A stretch of DNA of 64,000 nucleotides from Trypanosoma brucei (lineage: Eukaryota). How positions within the stretch are numbered: position 1 is the stretch's first letter; every line of letters begins with the position of its first letter. The DNA lies in NCBI GenBank assembly GCA_000002445.1, contig CH464491.1, positions 2,464,001-2,528,000 of the forward strand. Direction: 5' to 3'. Positions 37,745 to 48,155 of the stretch are shown one piece after another. The notes under the pieces are model-generated. The model was not told where the DNA came from and searched no databases. It saw only the letters and a list, made by a program, of their open reading frames with translations. The translations under genes were made by a program, and so were the position numbers.

Positions 37745-38086
37745 AGTGAATCTCTCAGATGCACGTTAAATCCTTCGCACGCACTTCCGCCGTTTCCACC
37801 TCACCAAATGACATCCCCCTTTGAGTTTGTCTTTCTGCTGTGTGCGCCCTTTTTTTTTTGTTGTCGCGGCAGCGGACACCTCCGAATGGTGGAAGATCCT
37901 CGGTTCCCGTGATGGTTACTAAACACCTTTCTTGCTCTCACCCTCCATTATTTGTCTTTAACTCTTTAGTATTTAGTGAAACTGCTGCAATTATTGTAAA
38001 TTACTGTCCCCCCCCCTTCGCTCACAACTGTTTGCTCGCTGAAATCGCTGCTGTCACTGCTACCCGGTTCGCACCGATAAAAGGGA

Positions 38087-39769
38087 ATGGGAAACAGGTT
38101 TGAAGGGAGTTCTACAATGGATGATGGCTGCGAGTCGCCCCGTGGTACGTGTGAGCGGCTGGTAGAGGTGAGCGTTTATGACAAGCAGTCGAACGAAATG
38201 CGTGTGTTCAGATGTGATTTGCATTTGCTCGAGTCGTCCATGACGTACTTCACACCTATCATCAAATGTTACCTCGACGAAGAAGAGCGCCAAAAGTCGC
38301 GGGAAGAAAAGTCGTTGGATAGGGCGTCATCGACCGGTGCACGCTCCGTGAAAAACAGCAAGACAAAGGCTCACGAGGCCACCAAGCCGTTGAAGCGAAA
38401 GGGTAAAGAAGAGAAGCCCCCCATACCACTCCATGTCAACTGTGACATGAGCACCTTTTCTTGGCTTATGGCCTACGTGGAGGGGAAGCAACGTTCATTT
38501 ACTCCAAAGAATGCCGTGTCGCTAGCGTTGTCGTCAAACTTTTTGCACATGACACAGTTAGTTGAAATGACCCTCCTTTACATCAAGGATCACCTAGTGG
38601 AGGTTATTCTCTCGGGAGTGAACATGGACTGCTTTACTGGGGAACTATTGGCGAGGCTTGCAAGCATGATGTCGGAGGGCGATGTCGCCAGGGCCTTTCT
38701 AAAACTATTTGACTGGCATGCGGAGGACTCACCAAACCGCCGCTTCCTGACAGCCTTAATCCGACACATGTTGTGCGACCGCTTCGGGGAGGGTCGTCCC
38801 AGTAGTCTTCGGTGGTGTGGTCTCTGTGGTGCTCTTTTTGATCAACAGGAACTACAACACATAGAGCGGCGGTATAAAAATGTTAGGCTCCCTGTGTGCC
38901 CCCGCGTGACTAAGAATTCAGTTGGTCACCGGGGTGAGCTTCTCAAAACCCATGTAGCGTCCAAGCAAGAGGCAAATATCAAGTTTCCCCCACTTTCGTG
39001 GCATGAAAAGGAAGTGGAAGCGTGGGCGTGGCGCGTCGTGGGATCGTTGTACTTGTTTGTCTGCCGCCGTTGCAATTGTTGCGTCTCGCTGACGAACACT
39101 ACCTGCCACTCTTGCCCCGGAGGCACCGCCAACTTTAGCCGCGCTGAAGGAGTGAGTAGTGAAGACGCTGACGCACTTCTTGCGTGGTTCGATTTAGCAA
39201 AGAACTTGTACCCAGGAGGACTACGGCCTATGTACTGCCCAAAAGAGGAGGCAGTGCGTGAACCTTTTCTACTTTTAACCCCCAAGGGTGGGTGGTTATA
39301 CGATGATGAGGGCGACTCAAGCGTGCCAGGTGTGTGGAGCACACATCCAGCTGCAGTGGAAGAGTCCGTTGATGCGAAGGGTTATGTGAATATAGGCGTG
39401 ATGAATGGGTTTGAGCGCTGGTTGATGGAAGAGCTCCAACAAATGATGGAGGACTTTGACCAGTCAGGACTCCACGCAAAGCCGTCCGCAAATCAACACG
39501 GCTCATCTCCTGCACAAGCAGGGCCATACTCACCTAACACTACGATGTCATCTCTTTCCCCAGGGCCGCGTAACATAGTCGGAGGAATCCACGGCGAAGG
39601 CGCCCCCGGCCGACCCGGGCTCCGCGGGGCTAAAGGCGTCGGTGATACGCGAATGAGACCTCTCAGTAATGGGACTGACCTGTCAAGGAAGGTGAAAGAG
39701 GGAGCACCACCAAGTGGGAGGCTGCAGAAGCGTGACAAGTTGGACAGCGGTGCGAGACTGCTTTCTTAG
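38087..39769 (+). CDS. BTB-domain protein resembling SANBR (KIAA1841), 560 aa
   Basis: ATG ORF starting MGNRFEG. VEVSVYDKQSNEMRVFRCDLHLLESSMTYFTPIIKCYL and LHVNCDMSTFSWLMAYVEGK...NAVSLALSSNFLHMTQLVEMTLLYIKDHLVEVI are collinear with the split BTB of human KIAA1841 as I recall it (DISVHCDVHIFNWLIKYVK...[21 protein letters not shown]). Confidence 0.65.
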   Translation: MGNRFEGSSTMDDGCESPRGTCERLVEVSVYDKQSNEMRVFRCDLHLLESSMTYFTPIIKCYLDEEERQKSREEKSLDRASSTGARSVKNSKTKAHEATKPLKRKGKEEKPPIPLHVNCDMSTFSWLMAYVEGKQRSFTPKNAVSLALSSNFLHMTQLVEMTLLYIKDHLVEVILSGVNMDCFTGELLARLASMMSEGDVARAFLKLFDWHAEDSPNRRFLTALIRHMLCDRFGEGRPSSLRWCGLCGALFDQQELQHIERRYKNVRLPVCPRVTKNSVGHRGELLKTHVASKQEANIKFPPLSWHEKEVEAWAWRVVGSLYLFVCRRCNCCVSLTNTTCHSCPGGTANFSRAEGVSSEDADALLAWFDLAKNLYPGGLRPMYCPKEEAVREPFLLLTPKGGWLYDDEGDSSVPGVWSTHPAAVEESVDAKGYVNIGVMNGFERWLMEELQQMMEDFDQSGLHAKPSANQHGSSPAQAGPYSPNTTMSSLSPGPRNIVGGIHGEGAPGRPGLRGAKGVGDTRMRPLSNGTDLSRKVKEGAPPSGRLQKRDKLDSGARLLS

Positions 39770-40311
39770 AGCGATCAGTGCGTAAAAACTTTGAGTATGA
39801 TGGTTGCACCAGGTATATCCTCTCAGTAACCTCCATAACCAACTTTGACCTCCGTGATCGCTGACCTGGTGAAGCTGACATCGCGCGATTTCGGTGGCCA
39901 GGAAAGAAGGAAGTGGGTAGATATATAACGGATAAGGGTGCGGCTTCAAGAGAAGAAAAGTATACCTGGTTGCACCCGGTGGGACTTTGTGCCTTCTTAG
40001 CTCCGGTGCGCTGACGGTTGTACGTTGGCTCTATACGTAGCGCATATGCTGCCGTACTCGGCGAGATTTCGAGCATGTAGTTTGATCATTTGTCTAGTAC
40101 GTTCACAGGTCTCCGGCAATGTTTTTGTTTTTCTTTTTACTTGCAAGTGGGTTGTGCTTGTGCTCAATACCCAGCGGGCAATAGTCTTCTGGGCTCACTC
40201 GGCTTACGCCACTGTGTTGGGTCGGCATGCACCTATGTCCCGATGTTGGTTGCATTTTTCTCTTATTCCCTTCCCCCACTGTCTTATTTTACACGTGTAT
40301 TTGTTGCAAAG

Positions 40312-43014
40312 ATGAGGGTGGGGTGGACAACTCGCTCCCCAGTGAAGTCAAAATGGATATGGGAACTTGAGCCGAGCAGGCTCCGCGCTATCGACTTTTT
40401 TACCTACCGTCTCGGGCTTTTCAGCGATCCCTCCACGAAGTGTACCAGGAAGGTCGCAGTCGACGGTAGCAACGGCAAAATAAGCAATAAAAAACGAAAT
40501 GCGAATCGATTAAACAAACTGTCTGAACCTTTGAGCCCTATTCCGTCACCCTATGGCGGGGAGCTTACGAAGGCGCACAATACCGCAGGCGATGGATGCA
40601 GTAGGATTTTCTCATTCTCTCCCTTGAAGCTGATGCAACGGATGATGCGCGAGTGGGAAGAAGAGCAGCGAGAGCTTTTGTCGCGAGATGAAGAAATCCT
40701 GGCAAGGGAAGAAGCGCAAATGGCTTCTATTATGAAGCATCCATCCGCATTGTTCGGGGATGAAGCAGCGGTCCTGTACAAATTTGGCATGGGTGCCTTC
40801 GTTTCACCGAACGCACCGGGCTTCTCGGGAATTTTTCGGCAGCATTGGAAGGACTTTTTGGTCACGGAAATGGTCTACGATAGTGAGGGAGAAGATGGCA
40901 AACCACTTTCCCGCGAGCTCGATTGGACTATTCCACCACTTCCTGATTGTTTTCGTTCAGTTGATGAATCAGATACCAAATATGTGCATGGTGGCAGCAC
41001 GGCTAGCGGTGAAAACCGCATCAACAGTTTCTTTACCGTCGATATAGGAGGGCAGTTAAAACAAATAATGAAGGAAGATAGCGGCGAGGGAGATAGCAAA
41101 AGAACGGGGGTGGAACCCCTAACGGGTAATCTGTCTGGCGCAGCCTCACGAAATAAATCTCGACTAGAGGGAAACGGCCAGGATGAGGATTCGAGCGAAT
41201 TTAGGACGGGGAAGTTTTACCTTCAGTGCTACCTCCGTAAGCAGCATATTGCACACAGCGTCGCGCTCTCCAACATCGCTCAAACTCTTCGAATGCACCC
41301 CTCCTGTATATCCGTAGCCGGTATTAAGGACTACATTGGGGACACGCTGCAAAGGGTCCGGTTGCAAAATGTCACTCCAGCATCAGCGCTAGAAGCAAAT
41401 CGTGTCTTCCGCAAGAAGAAGTGGGCAATGACCCTTTCCGACTTCTCATATCATACGGAACCACTATTTCCTGGGCGGCTGTTCGGTAATCACTTTAAAA
41501 TTGTCCTTCGAGATGTGACGGTGCCAAAGACATGCATTCAACAGGCGGTGTACGAGCTCCAGACGCATGGGTTCCCGAACTATTACGGATGCCAGCGGTT
41601 CTCGTGGTTTGGTGGGACTAATGATGCTGCTTTCGCTATACTAAATCAAAACTGGTTAGCTTTCGCGTTCCGCTTTCTCGGGTATACCAGTCGTGAGCTG
41701 ACACTCCGAGAACTGCTACAGCGTGAAAAAAAATATCCGAACCCAGTACAAGACGAGTATCGTCGCAATATCGTACGGCGTCTTCGATCCATCGCAATAG
41801 AACCCAGTGAATTGGATACGGCTCCATTTCTTGCATGTCCCTCCCTTGGTGCCCCGTTGACCGCTACCGATGGTGGGCCCGTGAGCAAGAAGCAAGAGTT
41901 GATACTTCTGCAGTTACAAGGTGCGTATCTTGATTTGAGCGTGATGAGTCGGCGTCTCACAGCACAGCGTCTCTGTAGCTACTTGTGGAACCAAGTGCTA
42001 ACACTTCGGCTTCACCACTTCGGTGGTAAAGAGGTTTTGGAAGGTGATATGGTTCTACCCGAGGTGCTGCGGCGTGTGCAAACCTCACCAGAAGAACGGA
42101 CTGACTGGTACCGACAGGGTATTCATCTCGTTGAAACTGAGGAAGAAAGAGAGAGAACGTCCATTATGAATGTTATTCATCCTGGTTTCTCCTTCAATTC
42201 CATGCGGTTGCCGCAGAACGCGGTAGGGGAGTATTTTCTTCAGGTGTGTCAAAAGTACCACCTGGAATGGCACAGCCGCCACTCGAGGTTGGGGATTCAC
42301 GACTTCTTTGAGCCACCGCGCCCTATTATTCGTAAACCAATGAACCTGCGGTATGACTACGACACTGAGTCATGCAAGTTGACGCTTGAATTTTCTCTTG
42401 AGCGTGGCAGCTACGCTAATGTTGTTCTTACAGAGCTCATGAAACAAGCTCGTTGTGTTGGTTCCTCTGATATTCTTACCCTTCCCGCTCCCGATGCAAT
42501 GTGGGAGTTTGGAAACCGCGATCCTGGATACGTCACATCCCTGCAAGACATATACGAAGGATTTCAAGACGGTGTTGGGTTTGTGAATGAGGAGCACGTC
42601 CTACCTTTTGTTGGGGATGTCAAGCCGTGGGACTATAATACCGGGCCGCTCTTTCTACCGGAGAGTGCAGATCCTGTGCGCAAAGCACATCGTTGGGGAT
42701 CACGGCACCTGATTCGGAATATGGCCCGCCGGGAACAAGATGAGGAGGAAATGAGGTTGCGACTATTTGAGAAACCACTCGCCAAAACACTTAAAGATGG
42801 CGAAGTGAGCTGTTACGCCGGGCACACAGTTCCCCTTCCACCCAATGCTAAGGCGAAGAAAATATTCTTTAAAGTCCTCCGCCGGCAGCGTCGCTACCCC
42901 GGGGCACCCAAAACCACGCCACGTATCAAACGCGGTGCAGAGGTTCAAAGGAGGGAAACGGCTCGTGTGCCGTTTAAAACCATTAACAAGAATACGTGGA
43001 ACGTGACGTGGTGA
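40312..43014 (+). CDS. PUS7: tRNA pseudouridine synthase, TruD/PUS7 family (about 900 aa)
   Basis: The track start at 40090 is TTG. In-frame ATGs lie at 40243 and 40312, and a pyrimidine tract at 40255-40290 favours 40312. TruD motifs: FSGIFRQHWKDFLVTEM, VAGIKDYIGDTLQRVRL (GxKD catalytic Asp), FPNYYGCQRF, SYANVVLTELMK. Confidence 0.85.
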   Translation: MRVGWTTRSPVKSKWIWELEPSRLRAIDFFTYRLGLFSDPSTKCTRKVAVDGSNGKISNKKRNANRLNKLSEPLSPIPSPYGGELTKAHNTAGDGCSRIFSFSPLKLMQRMMREWEEEQRELLSRDEEILAREEAQMASIMKHPSALFGDEAAVLYKFGMGAFVSPNAPGFSGIFRQHWKDFLVTEMVYDSEGEDGKPLSRELDWTIPPLPDCFRSVDESDTKYVHGGSTASGENRINSFFTVDIGGQLKQIMKEDSGEGDSKRTGVEPLTGNLSGAASRNKSRLEGNGQDEDSSEFRTGKFYLQCYLRKQHIAHSVALSNIAQTLRMHPSCISVAGIKDYIGDTLQRVRLQNVTPASALEANRVFRKKKWAMTLSDFSYHTEPLFPGRLFGNHFKIVLRDVTVPKTCIQQAVYELQTHGFPNYYGCQRFSWFGGTNDAAFAILNQNWLAFAFRFLGYTSRELTLRELLQREKKYPNPVQDEYRRNIVRRLRSIAIEPSELDTAPFLACPSLGAPLTATDGGPVSKKQELILLQLQGAYLDLSVMSRRLTAQRLCSYLWNQVLTLRLHHFGGKEVLEGDMVLPEVLRRVQTSPEERTDWYRQGIHLVETEEERERTSIMNVIHPGFSFNSMRLPQNAVGEYFLQVCQKYHLEWHSRHSRLGIHDFFEPPRPIIRKPMNLRYDYDTESCKLTLEFSLERGSYANVVLTELMKQARCVGSSDILTLPAPDAMWEFGNRDPGYVTSLQDIYEGFQDGVGFVNEEHVLPFVGDVKPWDYNTGPLFLPESADPVRKAHRWGSRHLIRNMARREQDEEEMRLRLFEKPLAKTLKDGEVSCYAGHTVPLPPNAKAKKIFFKVLRRQRRYPGAPKTTPRIKRGAEVQRRETARVPFKTINKNTWNVTW

Positions 43015-43377
43015 TGTGACTTGTTTTAAGAGTTCTGAACAGAACAAATGATCAGTAAAATGGACTTTCTTCCCTGCATTTCCCTTGTATGTGCTCGTGG
43101 GAAAGCAGGCGTGTATATTGCACACTCTGGTCGGTTCCCTTTGCTGTTCAACCTCTCTTTTTTTGTATCAATAATGCCCGTCGTTTGGTTTTGTACTTTT
43201 TTGGGAAGGGGTCAGGCCTTATAAAGGTTGGCGGCTCATTTTTCTCGCCCGTGTGCATCTAGTAATAGGCAAGCAGCAGGTTTAAATAGCTGCCCAGTAG
43301 GGTTTGAGTTGGTTCTCCCCTTTCCTCACTCGTATATAAGTTTAATTTCGTCTCTACGCATTAGTGTTTACGCACGC

Positions 43378-44013
43378 ATGTATCGCTCAGTGGGAGAAGC
43401 AGTCGGACGGACCCCTAAGCAGGACGCACCGCCATACGACCCCTCTCTTTGGGAAGGAAAGGATTGTGCATTCATCACAGTTCTGAAAGAGGCTCATGAA
43501 AGGCAACAACGGCAGGAGCGCCACCGCGACGCACAGCACGGCGGAGTCGACGAGGCTGGCTTGGCGGCTCCCCACACCTCCCATATTCAGCTGACATACA
43601 CACCAACAAGTTGGTGGGAAAGGCTTATGTTGAAATTGTTCCCTCGGTATTATGCCTTACGGGTCATGGCAAATAGTGATATTTCCCGACTGAGCAATGA
43701 AGAACTTGTAATGCGGATGCATCTCGCCCTTCAGGCGGGAGACGGTGATTTCTCTGCCCTCATAGCGCAGGAGTTGGCTCGGAGACGTGTGTATCTGTAC
43801 CGAGAGGAGGTTACCACTGTGAATACAACCCCTGGGGGTGCGGCAGTTAGGCGAAACAACTATAGAGGGATGGGAAGTTCTGACGAAGGGGTTGGTATTA
43901 TGCGTGCGAGGTATTCGGACAGTGCAGTAAAGCAAGGTGCCGTCAGCCATGTTGCAGATTCGTCATTTACGGTGCCAGAGTTTCTGCTGAGGCGTCCCTC
44001 ATACGGTGGATGA
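43378..44013 (+). CDS. hypothetical protein, 211 aa
   Basis: The track start at 43228 is TTG; the first ATG is 43378 (MYRSVGEAVGR). It lies on the sense strand of the polycistron. I recognise no domain. Confidence 0.55.
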   Translation: MYRSVGEAVGRTPKQDAPPYDPSLWEGKDCAFITVLKEAHERQQRQERHRDAQHGGVDEAGLAAPHTSHIQLTYTPTSWWERLMLKLFPRYYALRVMANSDISRLSNEELVMRMHLALQAGDGDFSALIAQELARRRVYLYREEVTTVNTTPGGAAVRRNNYRGMGSSDEGVGIMRARYSDSAVKQGAVSHVADSSFTVPEFLLRRPSYGG

Positions 44014-44423
44014 GGTTTCCGCTGCTTTCGGCTGCCCGTACACGTGGACACAACCGCAGCATGGCAGGCAAAGGGCTGGGAAAGGAGAAGCTGGGACACT
44101 GAAGTAAGTAAATGCTGGAAAAGAGGTAAATCGCGGTGGTGTTACATTACTACAAAACTCAGGTTGCACTGGCAGCTGAATTTTTTCACTCCTCTGTGCA
44201 TGGTGTCTTGTTTGAGGGAGATGATGTAGCTTCAAACTCGTTAATTCCTGTTGTTTTGATTCCTTGGAAAGGATTTGGTGAGCACGCTCACATGGTTCTC
44301 TTTTGTGTTTGTTTGTTTTCCCTTCGCACACGCCTACAACGTAAGACACACCAATTCACCACGAGGCGGCACGCCCTCAGCTCCGCACGGTCCTCCCGTG
44401 TTGGTGTGCACGCAGGCCTGACG

Positions 44424-47321
44424 ATGACAGAGGACGAGGAACCATATGTTATGGCCTTCGAGCCCTACACAGTGCAGAGGGAAATGATGCGAACTGTTCA
44501 TTTGGCTCTTAATTCCTGGCCTCGGCACACCCCCATTGCGGCGATTGAGGTTCCCACCGGGTGTGGAAAGACGCTGGCATTGCTTTCAAGCGTGTTGCGC
44601 TACCAGGCAGGGTTGGAGAAACACACACCACAGGAGCTGGAGCAGCACTTTCGCCTGCGGAGGTGTAGGGGTCCCCCAGTGTTGCCCTCATTGTCAAGAA
44701 CGGAAATGTCGTCACGTAAATGGTGCCACTGCAAGGAAGACAGTAAACACAGTGAAGAGTCGAATGGTTTGAAAGCAAATACAGCGGACGGTGAAGAAGC
44801 TTGGCGTGTGTCGTCGTTATTTCTGAGGCAGTTCAGGCCACCGAACGGCAAACGTCTGCGTGTTGAGCTAGTAACTGAAGGATCGTTGGAACTCCGCAAG
44901 CAGCATCAATCGCCGCCATGTACGATTTTTTACGTGACGCGTACGCACGCGCAGCTTCGACAGTGTGTGGGGGAACTGCGTAAACTCAAAGGTCTGGAGA
45001 GACTGAAAATGAATATCCTGGGAAGCCGCAAGCAATACTGCATAAACCAACATGTGCTGAAGGCGTGTGCAAACAAGACGCTTCCTATAGAGGGAAACAA
45101 CCTTGGTGAAGTCTGTGACAAGCTTGTGTCTCTCGGTCAGTGCGAAGCCGTTCATGGCTACGGTGTCCTTGGTAGTAAGGCTATAACTCACCCCCTGAGC
45201 CAAGGACGGAGTGACAAAGTGTGGGATATTGAAGATTTGGTAACCGAAGGTGTAGGAATGGAGTGTTGTCCGTATTATGCCGCGAGAGACCTTGTCTTCT
45301 TCGCCCACATCAACTTTGCCACGTATCAGTATCTTCTGGACCCGCTCATTCGTCATGAGTGCAAGATGGAGGCTGCCCTAAAAAATCACTCCATCATTAT
45401 CTTTGATGAGGCACACAACGTCCCGCAAGTGTGTCAAGATGCATTATCCGTAGAGACGTCAGTGGACACGCTCCGTCTCATCCTAAATGAGATCGAGCCT
45501 CTAATACAACCCACTGTGGCGGTGGCGACGCTCAGCTACCCGCGCGAGTTCAAACTAACCAAATGGACACTTGTGGAGCTACTTTCCCTACTGTATGACG
45601 TATTCAAAGCCGTCACAGAGTTCGTGTCACCTGCGCAACCGTCGGTAAAAACGCAGCGTGGGGTACACTCCCGGCCGGTGGGGGGACAAGATGTCGAGGA
45701 AAGTGAAAGTAACCATGACGTTGAGAACAACGCAATCTTTCCAGGCGAAACCCTCGCAGAAGTGTTACGCCGCTGCATTACGGATTACATACCGATCGCT
45801 TCTAGCTGCAGCCGTCGAGGGTATGGGACCGCAGAGAGTTCAGCATCGAAAGACGGTGTAGCGATGTTTCGGCAAGTTTACGGGATTATAATGTCTCTGG
45901 GGGTCACCTTTAATCCATTCCAGTTCTCCATTTTTTGTCTTTCACTTATGAAGCGTTGGATCCTCATCATGCGCTTTATCATCCAGAAACCGAGCGCCTT
46001 TGTCCTCAGCATCAGTGACCCATTGCCAGAAAAAAACCGTAACGGTCAAGACAGCGTCCCAAGCAGTGAGGCTGGCGGCAACACCGAGGGGGTTGAGTCA
46101 GCTGTGCCATCACGAAGAATTGTTGGTATCCGATGTTTGGATGGTAGTTTGGCATTTCAGCACATCTTGAGTACCGCTCACCGTGTTGTGTTGGCCTCCG
46201 GGACACTTGCGCCGTTTCATCAGTTGGGACGAGACTTGGGAATACCACCTTCCAGTATGGCAACTTATGAAGGATTGCATGTGGCACAGAAGCATCAGTA
46301 TCGATTGGGGGTTCTCACACATACTGTGGATGCCACTCCGTTGCACTGTACCTACGGGAGTTTGAAGGATCCTTCTTTCATTAGTCAGCTTGTGGAGACA
46401 CTCGCTATGCTTGTTGAAAAAGTGGAACTTGGAGGTGTTCTCGTCTTCATGCCCAACTACACCGTAATGAAAACCATCGGGTTGCAGCTCATTTCTCGTT
46501 ACCGTGACGCAGCCCGTCAGATGGAAGGAACACCAAAGTCTTCTAGGTTCCCGCAGGTTTTCCTCGAGAGTCAGTCAGCAGCTGATTTCCCTTCAGTGCT
46601 AGATAGCTTCCGAAAGGCTACAGTTCGTGGCCCAGCCGTTTTCGCCTCTGTTTTTCGAGCGAAAGTGAGTGAAGGGATTGACTTCGCGGATTGCATGGCC
46701 CGTCTTGTCGTGTGTGTGGGAGTCCCTTTACAGCCGTTGAAATCGTGGACGGTGCAAGCACAGAGGAGATACAGTGGGGAGGAGTGGTACGTAAATGATG
46801 CGGTCCGCGCTGTTAATCAAGCCCTTGGACGCTGCATACGTCACTCACGAGATTTCGGTGCGATGGTCCTGTTGGACGACCGTTTTGAACAAATGAACCT
46901 TCAGCAATCCCTGTCAAGATGGTGCCGCGAGGAGTTGAGGGTCCACCACTCACACGCGTCGTTAGCGGATGATCTTCATGAGTTCTTTCGCACTTGCAGG
47001 GGGGGAAATGCAATAGCGAAGGATTCTCATCTCAGAGAAAACGTAAGCGGTGGAAATACCAGCCAAGGAGAAGAACTGTATTGCCGGTCACTGGAAAAAG
47101 AAAACGTCCCTCCCCCCATTAAGGAAGAACGAGTGACCAGCATCTTGGATGCACCCTTTCTCATGGGGCCTGTACTGAAGCCGAAGGTTCCAACTTACAC
47201 ACGACAGTTGAGTTGCACCGCATTAAAACTCATGTACGAAGCCCATGATGATGTCTCCCAAGTTACAGCCGAAGAGCTTCGTGAGGCACTGCGACTCTTG
47301 GAGGACGGGTTTCCGCAGTGA
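44424..47321 (+). CDS. Rad3/XPD-superfamily Fe-S DNA helicase, RTEL1/FANCJ-like (about 965 aa)
   Basis: The track start at 44136 is GTG. ATGs lie at 44292 (inside a pyrimidine tract) and 44424 (MTEDEEPYVMAFEPYTVQREMM, matching the family N-terminus). Walker A EVPTGCGKTLALL. Four Cys for a 4Fe-4S cluster (QYC, EVC, GQC, CCPYYAAR). Also VWDIEDLV, the DEAH box IIFDEAHNV, VVLASGTLAP, and GRCIRHSRDFGAMVLLDDRF. Confidence 0.85.
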   Translation: MTEDEEPYVMAFEPYTVQREMMRTVHLALNSWPRHTPIAAIEVPTGCGKTLALLSSVLRYQAGLEKHTPQELEQHFRLRRCRGPPVLPSLSRTEMSSRKWCHCKEDSKHSEESNGLKANTADGEEAWRVSSLFLRQFRPPNGKRLRVELVTEGSLELRKQHQSPPCTIFYVTRTHAQLRQCVGELRKLKGLERLKMNILGSRKQYCINQHVLKACANKTLPIEGNNLGEVCDKLVSLGQCEAVHGYGVLGSKAITHPLSQGRSDKVWDIEDLVTEGVGMECCPYYAARDLVFFAHINFATYQYLLDPLIRHECKMEAALKNHSIIIFDEAHNVPQVCQDALSVETSVDTLRLILNEIEPLIQPTVAVATLSYPREFKLTKWTLVELLSLLYDVFKAVTEFVSPAQPSVKTQRGVHSRPVGGQDVEESESNHDVENNAIFPGETLAEVLRRCITDYIPIASSCSRRGYGTAESSASKDGVAMFRQVYGIIMSLGVTFNPFQFSIFCLSLMKRWILIMRFIIQKPSAFVLSISDPLPEKNRNGQDSVPSSEAGGNTEGVESAVPSRRIVGIRCLDGSLAFQHILSTAHRVVLASGTLAPFHQLGRDLGIPPSSMATYEGLHVAQKHQYRLGVLTHTVDATPLHCTYGSLKDPSFISQLVETLAMLVEKVELGGVLVFMPNYTVMKTIGLQLISRYRDAARQMEGTPKSSRFPQVFLESQSAADFPSVLDSFRKATVRGPAVFASVFRAKVSEGIDFADCMARLVVCVGVPLQPLKSWTVQAQRRYSGEEWYVNDAVRAVNQALGRCIRHSRDFGAMVLLDDRFEQMNLQQSLSRWCREELRVHHSHASLADDLHEFFRTCRGGNAIAKDSHLRENVSGGNTSQGEELYCRSLEKENVPPPIKEERVTSILDAPFLMGPVLKPKVPTYTRQLSCTALKLMYEAHDDVSQVTAEELREALRLLEDGFPQ

Positions 47322-48155
47322 CACAGTAGGCAGTTGTTATTTTGATATTAAGCTTTTTTCCTTGGTGGGCATCCCGCACACCGTCTACACCTTGTGTTTC
47401 CTTGGTAAGTGAACCATCGCTTAATAATTCGTGGGTTCGCTAGAACCTCAAGTTCGATGGCGGAGGTCAATGCCTGCCCCTGAGCACCCTGATGCGGAAA
47501 ATAGACCCGCTAACAATGTTGCGTGTTGATTCCGGTTCTACAGAAAGTTGAAAAGGCACCCATCTGGGGGATGCAGCGAGGGGCGAGTAAACTCATGCAA
47601 AATGGGTCGAAGAACATCGCAAAACGAAGGTAGACACCGGCTTTTCTGCCGGTTCACTGCCGACCTCCATATCACTACTCTTATCTGGAGGCATAGAATA
47701 CAGGAAAACTGGTGAGACTGCGCGGTTACGGTAAGATTATTAAACTCTGATGCGTGGTTTCTGGTGCCAGGATTTGTTTCAGATGGCAGTTTAGGCGTCA
47801 ACATTTGTCTCATAGAAAGGCTTTGCGCGCATGAGTCACCACTTTTCCCGAAACACCAACAAGAGAGTATTCCCTTGGTGTTTCCAGTTGACCCCTATGT
47901 GTACCTTGTTGTTGTACATTTACTTTTGACACGGTCAACACCTTCCCACCGAGTTGTATGGTGGGTGGGCTAAAAAGTTGCGTGGATTTTTGTATTCCAC
48001 GTTTTGTTGTTGCTATTCGCGGGTGCGAAGCTCTTTGATATGCGTTGCTCTCCTCCCCTCTTCCTCGGCCCACGCTATGTTTTACTTCTTTGCAAACCCT
48101 CTTTACGCGTTGACTACGCTGGCAACAAGGCTGAGAGATCGCCGGAATCCTTAAA

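Noticed and set aside
40090-40311. N-terminal extensions in the ORF track caused by non-ATG (TTG/GTG) start calls: 40090, 44136, 26905, 51001, 43228, 7360, 14687 and 61824(-). Pyrimidine-tract-encoded leaders after early ATGs (44292, 49466) belong to the same problem.
   Set aside because: The extensions translate polypyrimidine or UTR-like sequence into Phe/Leu/Ser/Cys-rich peptides, and homology starts at downstream ATGs. The CDS starts were re-set accordingly. The exact start remains uncertain for PUS7 (40243 vs 40312) and for the 14882 gene (vs 15026).
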